From assembly GCA_964482725.1 (NCBI GenBank), contig CAYZYT010000004.1, forward strand, positions 23,824 through 87,823: a DNA stretch of 64,000 nt, written 5' to 3'. Numbering within the stretch: the first letter of the stretch is position 1; each line of letters starts with the position of its first letter. Positions 57,223 to 64,000 of the stretch are shown in pieces. The notes under the pieces are model-generated. The model had not been told where the DNA came from. It was given only the letters and a program-made list of their open reading frames with translations, and did not search any database. The position numbers and the translations under genes are program-made. Source of the stretch: an uncultured bacterium. GTDB lineage: Bacteria > Omnitrophota > Omnitrophia > Omnitrophales > Aquincolibacteriaceae.

Positions 57223-57432
57223 TTATTGAACGGGGTCGAATCCGCCGGGGTGGAAGGGATGGCATTTACAAATTCTTTGGATCGCAAGTCTCGCGCCAGA
57301 CAGCGCGCCTTTTTTCTGCAAAGCTTCTTCCGCATAAGAGGAACAGCTGGGTGTAAAGCGGCAAGAGGGGCCCAGAAGAGGCGCAACGAACGCGCGATAA
57401 AAATGGATAGCAAGGATCAGGAAATGTTTCAC
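57223..57432 (-). CDS. yidD: Membrane protein insertion efficiency factor YidD
   Basis: CRFTPSCSSYA...CHPFHPGGFDPV; GTG start overlapping the rnpA stop. Confidence 0.93.
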   Translation of the reverse strand: MKHFLILAIHFYRAFVAPLLGPSCRFTPSCSSYAEEALQKKGALSGARLAIQRICKCHPFHPGGFDPVQ

Positions 57433-57806
57433 ACCCAGGCTCCTGCTTTTTTGAAAAGATTGATAAGGTCTTCTTCCGTGGCTAAAAAAGAAGGTTTCCT
57501 TTGTGTGTGTCGCACCTTCACCAAACAAACCGCCTCAGGTCGAAGGTTCGCTTGCTGCTCGCGGAAGATCTCACGGACGCGGCGCTTCCAAACGTTCCGC
57601 CCCACAGAGGTCGGATCTGTTTTGCGGCTGACCACGATCCCGATCATGGGCTTTTCTCTCAGCGACGCGCGTTTTTTGTCGTCCCGCTTGCCGACCCACA
57701 AATAAAAAAACTCTCCTCGGGCGAAGCGTCCGCTCTCGACGAGATGTTTGAAGGTTGTTTGCCGGCGAATCCGCTGATCCGCCCCGAGCCGTTTCTTTGG
57801 CTCCAA
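57429..57806 (-). CDS. rnpA: Ribonuclease P protein component
   Basis: IGIVVSRK...SVGRNVWKRRVRE; canonical position between rpmH and yidD. Confidence 0.9.
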   Translation of the reverse strand: MEPKKRLGADQRIRRQTTFKHLVESGRFARGEFFYLWVGKRDDKKRASLREKPMIGIVVSRKTDPTSVGRNVWKRRVREIFREQQANLRPEAVCLVKVRHTQRKPSFLATEEDLINLFKKAGAWV

Positions 57807-57809
57807 CGC

Positions 57810-57947
57810 TTATACTTGGGTCAGCTTTTTCCGGCCCTTTTTTCGGCGACGCGCAAGGACTTTTCGTCCTCCGGCGGTCCGCGTTCGGGCAAGAAAGCCG
57901 TGCTTGTTACGACGTTTTCTCTTGGAAGGCTGGTATGTTCTTTTCAT
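57810..57947 (-). CDS. rpmH: 50S ribosomal protein L34
   Basis: [45 protein letters not shown]; not in the ORF track (45 aa). Confidence 0.97.
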   Translation of the reverse strand: MKRTYQPSKRKRRNKHGFLARTRTAGGRKVLARRRKKGRKKLTQV

Positions 57948-57949
57948 GA

Positions 57950-58285
57950 GGCGTGAATTATAGTGAAGTTCGTTTGTAATATCCAGCGTTTTATTTTAGC
58001 GGTGTAAAAAACTTTTTTCCTTTGCGTTGCTCCTGTCCCTAAAAAAATTTTGTTTGCCCGTGGACAAAACATTTTTTTGTTGTAGAATGATCCCTCTCGA
58101 AAGTTGCGTTCGCTTCTTTTTTCCGGAGCGAACGTTTATTTTGGTCGTTTTTTTGCTGTTGATAAGCTGTTTATAAGCTATTTATACATTTTAGTTAAAT
58201 TTTGCTGCTGTGAATACAATATTAAAAATAGTAATTTTTTTCTTATTCATAACCTGTTCATAACTATAAAAAGGGCCGTGCGGCC
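57950..58285. promoter_or_regulatory. rpmH-dnaA divergent promoter region with DnaA-box cluster (upstream half of oriC)
   Basis: AT-rich; box-like 9-mers TGTTGATAA, TGTTTATAA, TGTGAATAC, TTATTCATA, TGTTCATAA, CGTGGACAA; TGGACA-N16-TAGAAT (58061-58088) facing dnaA. Confidence 0.7.
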
Positions 58286-59638
58286 ATGAATCAACCGCTC
58301 TTTTCTCCTCCCAACGCCTCCCCGGCGGAGCTTTGGAAAAAAATTTGCTCCATTCTCTCCCGAGAATTAAGCGAGCGCTCGTTCAAAACCTGGTTTGAGC
58401 CGATCTCGCTCCTGGGAGTTTCCTCAGAGGCTTTGACCTTAAGCGTCCCTGACCAATATTATGGAAAATGGCTTGAGGATCATTACCAGAATCTTATTCT
58501 CTCTTCCGTTGAAGAGGTCGTCGGACATCCTTTAAGGGTTGCCTACCAAGTGGTGGAGCCGCCCAAGGCCCCTCCCTCGCTCCCCATCTCCGCCCCCTCG
58601 AAGGAAAGGGATGAAACCCTCGCAGGCTTGAACCAAAAATACACTTTTGACGATTTTGTGATCGGCCCGGGGAATCGCTTTGCCCACGCGGCCTCGGTTG
58701 CGGTCAGCGAGTCTCCCGCCAAACAATACAACCCTCTCTTCATCTATGGGCCCACGGGGCTTGGGAAGACCCATCTCTTACAGTCCATCGCTCATGAAAT
58801 GAAACGACGCCATCCGGAGTTTAAGATCCTGTACATATCCAGTGAAAAATTCACAAATCAGTTGATCACGGCCATCCAGACAAAATCAACCCCTCAGTTC
58901 CGAGCAAGATATCGCACGCTCGATCTTTTGCTTATAGATGATGTCCATTTTATCGCGGAAAAAGACTCCACCCAGGAAGAATTCTTTAATACTTTCAACG
59001 CGCTTTATGATGCCCACAAACAAATTGTGGTCACAAGCGACCGCCCGCCTCGTGAGATCCCGGGGCTGGAAGAGCGCCTTGTTTCTCGTTTTGGCTGGGG
59101 CCTTGTCACGGACATCCAGCCTCCAGATTTTGAGACGCGCGTGGCTATTTTAAAAAAGAAGATGGAGCGGGAAACCGTTGTGGTGCCTGATGATGTGTCT
59201 TATTTTATTGCGGGAAAGATCAAGTCCAATATCCGGGAATTGGAGGGGGCGCTTATCCGCGTGGTCGCTTATTGCACGCTTACCAATTCCAAGATCGATG
59301 TCCTTCTCGCGCAAGAAATATTGAAGGACTCTTTTAAGGAAGAATCCCAAAAATTCACCATAGAAGGCATCCAAAAGGTGGTTGCGGATTATTTTAATGT
59401 GAAGGTTTCGGACCTTCGGGCTAAAAAAAGGACGGTTTCTATTGTCCGGCCACGGCAAATCGCCATGTATCTTGTTCGGGAGCTTACCACACACTCTTTT
59501 CCGGAGATCGGAGAGTATTTTGGGGGGAAAGACCATACCACCGTGCTTCATTCGTGCAATAAGATCGCCGGAGAAAGAGATAAAGATGTTTCGGTGCGTA
59601 GTTTATTGGAAAAGCTAACCGTTTTGTTGAAAAAGTAG
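58286..59638 (+). CDS. dnaA: Chromosomal replication initiator DnaA
   Basis: YTFDDFVIGPGN, YGPTGLGKTHL, LLIDDV, RLVSRF, NIRELEG, RQIAMYL, DHTTV. Confidence 0.98.
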   Translation: MNQPLFSPPNASPAELWKKICSILSRELSERSFKTWFEPISLLGVSSEALTLSVPDQYYGKWLEDHYQNLILSSVEEVVGHPLRVAYQVVEPPKAPPSLPISAPSKERDETLAGLNQKYTFDDFVIGPGNRFAHAASVAVSESPAKQYNPLFIYGPTGLGKTHLLQSIAHEMKRRHPEFKILYISSEKFTNQLITAIQTKSTPQFRARYRTLDLLLIDDVHFIAEKDSTQEEFFNTFNALYDAHKQIVVTSDRPPREIPGLEERLVSRFGWGLVTDIQPPDFETRVAILKKKMERETVVVPDDVSYFIAGKIKSNIRELEGALIRVVAYCTLTNSKIDVLLAQEILKDSFKEESQKFTIEGIQKVVADYFNVKVSDLRAKKRTVSIVRPRQIAMYLVRELTTHSFPEIGEYFGGKDHTTVLHSCNKIAGERDKDVSVRSLLEKLTVLLKK

Positions 59639-59644
59639 GTTGGT

Positions 59645-59756
59645 TTTCCACAAAAAAACTTTTTTATATCTCGTTCTTTTTTAAATAGTTGTGTAGGATA
59701 TCCACAAATCCACAGCTCTTATTACTACGGTTACTGTTTTTAAATATAGAATAAAA
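59645..59756 (+). other. oriC unwinding region (tandem DnaA boxes, DnaA-trio-like tract, AT-rich DUE)
   Basis: TTTTCCACA (59645); overlapping ATATCCACA/AAATCCACA (59698-59714); GCTC; TTATTACTACGGTTACTG; TTTTTAAATATAGAATAAAA. Confidence 0.8.
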
Positions 59757-59771
59757 GAAGAAGGAGTTTGT

Positions 59772-60872
59772 ATGGAAATTAAAGTGCAAAAGAGCGAGCT
59801 GTTAAAAAAGATCACTCTGGGTGTGAATATTGCCGCGTCCAAACCAAGCACTCTCCCCATCTTGAACAACCTTTTACTTGAAACTCAAAAAGACGGGAAA
59901 CTTAAAATCATCGCAACTGATATGGAGGTAGGCATCTCCACCCTTTTACCTGTGGAAATTATCCAAGGGGGAAGCATCACGGTTCCAGCGAGAAAATTTT
60001 TTGATATCATAAAGGAGCTTCCTGAGGGGAATGTGGAAATAACGGTCACAAAAAACAACACCGTTAATATTAAAGCAGGAAAATCTAATTTTAAAATCAT
60101 GGGGTTAGATAAAGAGGAATATCCCAAACTCCCAGAATTTTCTCTCGAAGAAGCGATCGAAATAGAGCAAGCCGTTATTAAAGAAAGCCTTTCCTTAACC
60201 GCTTTTGCGATTTCGCACGACGAAACAAGATATGTTTTAAATGGCGTCCTGGTCTCCATCCAGGGGAACCAGATCCGGTTTGTGGCCACAGACGGGAGAA
60301 GGCTGGCTTTTTATAAAAAAGAGACGAAGCAAAAAAACACCAAAAGCGTGGAAATGATCATTCCCGCGAAAACCATACACGAGCTTTTAAAATTATTGGG
60401 GTGGGAGGGGGTTGTTAAGATCATCCACACACAAAACAAAGTTATTTTTTATTTTGAGGACACGTATCTTACCTCAAGCCTTATAGAGGGGAATTTTCCA
60501 AATTATGATCAGGTGATCCCGAAAGAAGAAAAAACCCACGTTCAAGCAAACCGAGAAGAATTTTTACAAGCGGTCCGCCGCGCCTCTCTTTTAACATCCC
60601 CGGAAGCGCCCGCGCTCAAATTTGATTTTATAAAAAACAAAATCATTGTGTCCGCGAAAACGCCCAATATGGGAGAGGCGAAAGAAGAGCTTTCGGCCGA
60701 GTTTAAAGGAGAAGAAATTACGATAGGGTTCAACCCTGGATATTTTTTAGATGTCTTAAAAAATCTTTCCGATGAAAATATTAGCATTGCTTTAACAAGC
60801 CCCGACAAGCCCGGCCTGATCAAGGGGCGAGAAGGCTATCTTTACGTGATCATGCCGATGCAGCTCAACTAG
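59772..60872 (+). CDS. dnaN: DNA polymerase III beta clamp
   Basis: PILNN, ATDME, RYVLNG, VATDGRRL, FPNYDQVIP, GFNP, YVIMPM. Confidence 0.97.
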   Translation: MEIKVQKSELLKKITLGVNIAASKPSTLPILNNLLLETQKDGKLKIIATDMEVGISTLLPVEIIQGGSITVPARKFFDIIKELPEGNVEITVTKNNTVNIKAGKSNFKIMGLDKEEYPKLPEFSLEEAIEIEQAVIKESLSLTAFAISHDETRYVLNGVLVSIQGNQIRFVATDGRRLAFYKKETKQKNTKSVEMIIPAKTIHELLKLLGWEGVVKIIHTQNKVIFYFEDTYLTSSLIEGNFPNYDQVIPKEEKTHVQANREEFLQAVRRASLLTSPEAPALKFDFIKNKIIVSAKTPNMGEAKEELSAEFKGEEITIGFNPGYFLDVLKNLSDENISIALTSPDKPGLIKGREGYLYVIMPMQLN

Positions 60873-60905
60873 TCGGGAAAAAGGACGATAATAGAACGGG
60901 TTTTC

Positions 60906-63756
<2,851 letters not shown>

Positions 63757-63781
63757 TAAAGGATAAATAAGGAAAGCGATC

Positions 63782-64000
63782 ATGGCAGACGGAAAAAACT
63801 TATACGCAATGAACGAAAAGATCATCCTCCGGCCCATCGAAGAGGAGATGAAGGATTCCTACATCGATTATGCGATGTCGGTGATTGTGGGGCGCGCGCT
63901 CCCGGATGTTCGCGACGGGTTGAAACCCGTGCACCGGCGTATTTTGTTCGCCATGAACGAGCTGGGCCTTACGCACAGCAAAGCCTATAAAAAATCCGCT
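63782..64000 (+). CDS. gyrA: DNA gyrase subunit A (5' part, truncated by window)
   Basis: [35 protein letters not shown]. Confidence 0.96.
   Translation, partial: MADGKNLYAMNEKIILRPIEEEMKDSYIDYAMSVIVGRALPDVRDGLKPVHRRILFAMNELGLTHSKAYKKSA

Overview
Bacterial chromosomal window that spans the replication origin. The core order is gyrA(partial)-gyrB-dciA-dnaN-[oriC unwinding element]-dnaA-[DnaA boxes]-rpmH-rnpA-yidD-yidC-mnmG-[2 parS]-parA-parB. To the left lies about 40 kb of almost uninterrupted minus-strand genes co-oriented with replication. These comprise a beta-glucan locus (sugar-binding lipoprotein, GH94, a Cgs/GH144-like enzyme, ROK), a biotin cluster with embedded FabG- and FabF-like genes and a HEXXH lipoprotein, an intact but cofactor-degenerate Rnf-like cluster, pilT, polA, coaE, rho, rpmE, prfA, prmC, murA, rpsP, trmD, rplS, rnhB, yraN, and a POTRA-less Omp85 barrel paired with an exported kinase-fold protein. 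A plus-strand REC / REC-GGDEF-EAL / PAS histidine kinase module is bracketed by palindromic repeats. It is divergent from a giant (>3675 aa, runs off the window, missed by the ORF track) secreted beta-helical adhesin-like gene. Several families of small palindromic elements occur between genes and inside coding sequences, including two in-frame inserts in prmC. Gene content suggests a diderm, possibly PVC-group/Omnitrophota-like organism (inference only). Best candidates for undescribed biology: the flavin-less Rnf-like complex, the KAS/KR-containing biotin operon, and the Omp85 plus exported kinase-like pair. All calls come from reading motifs by eye; no database searches were run.
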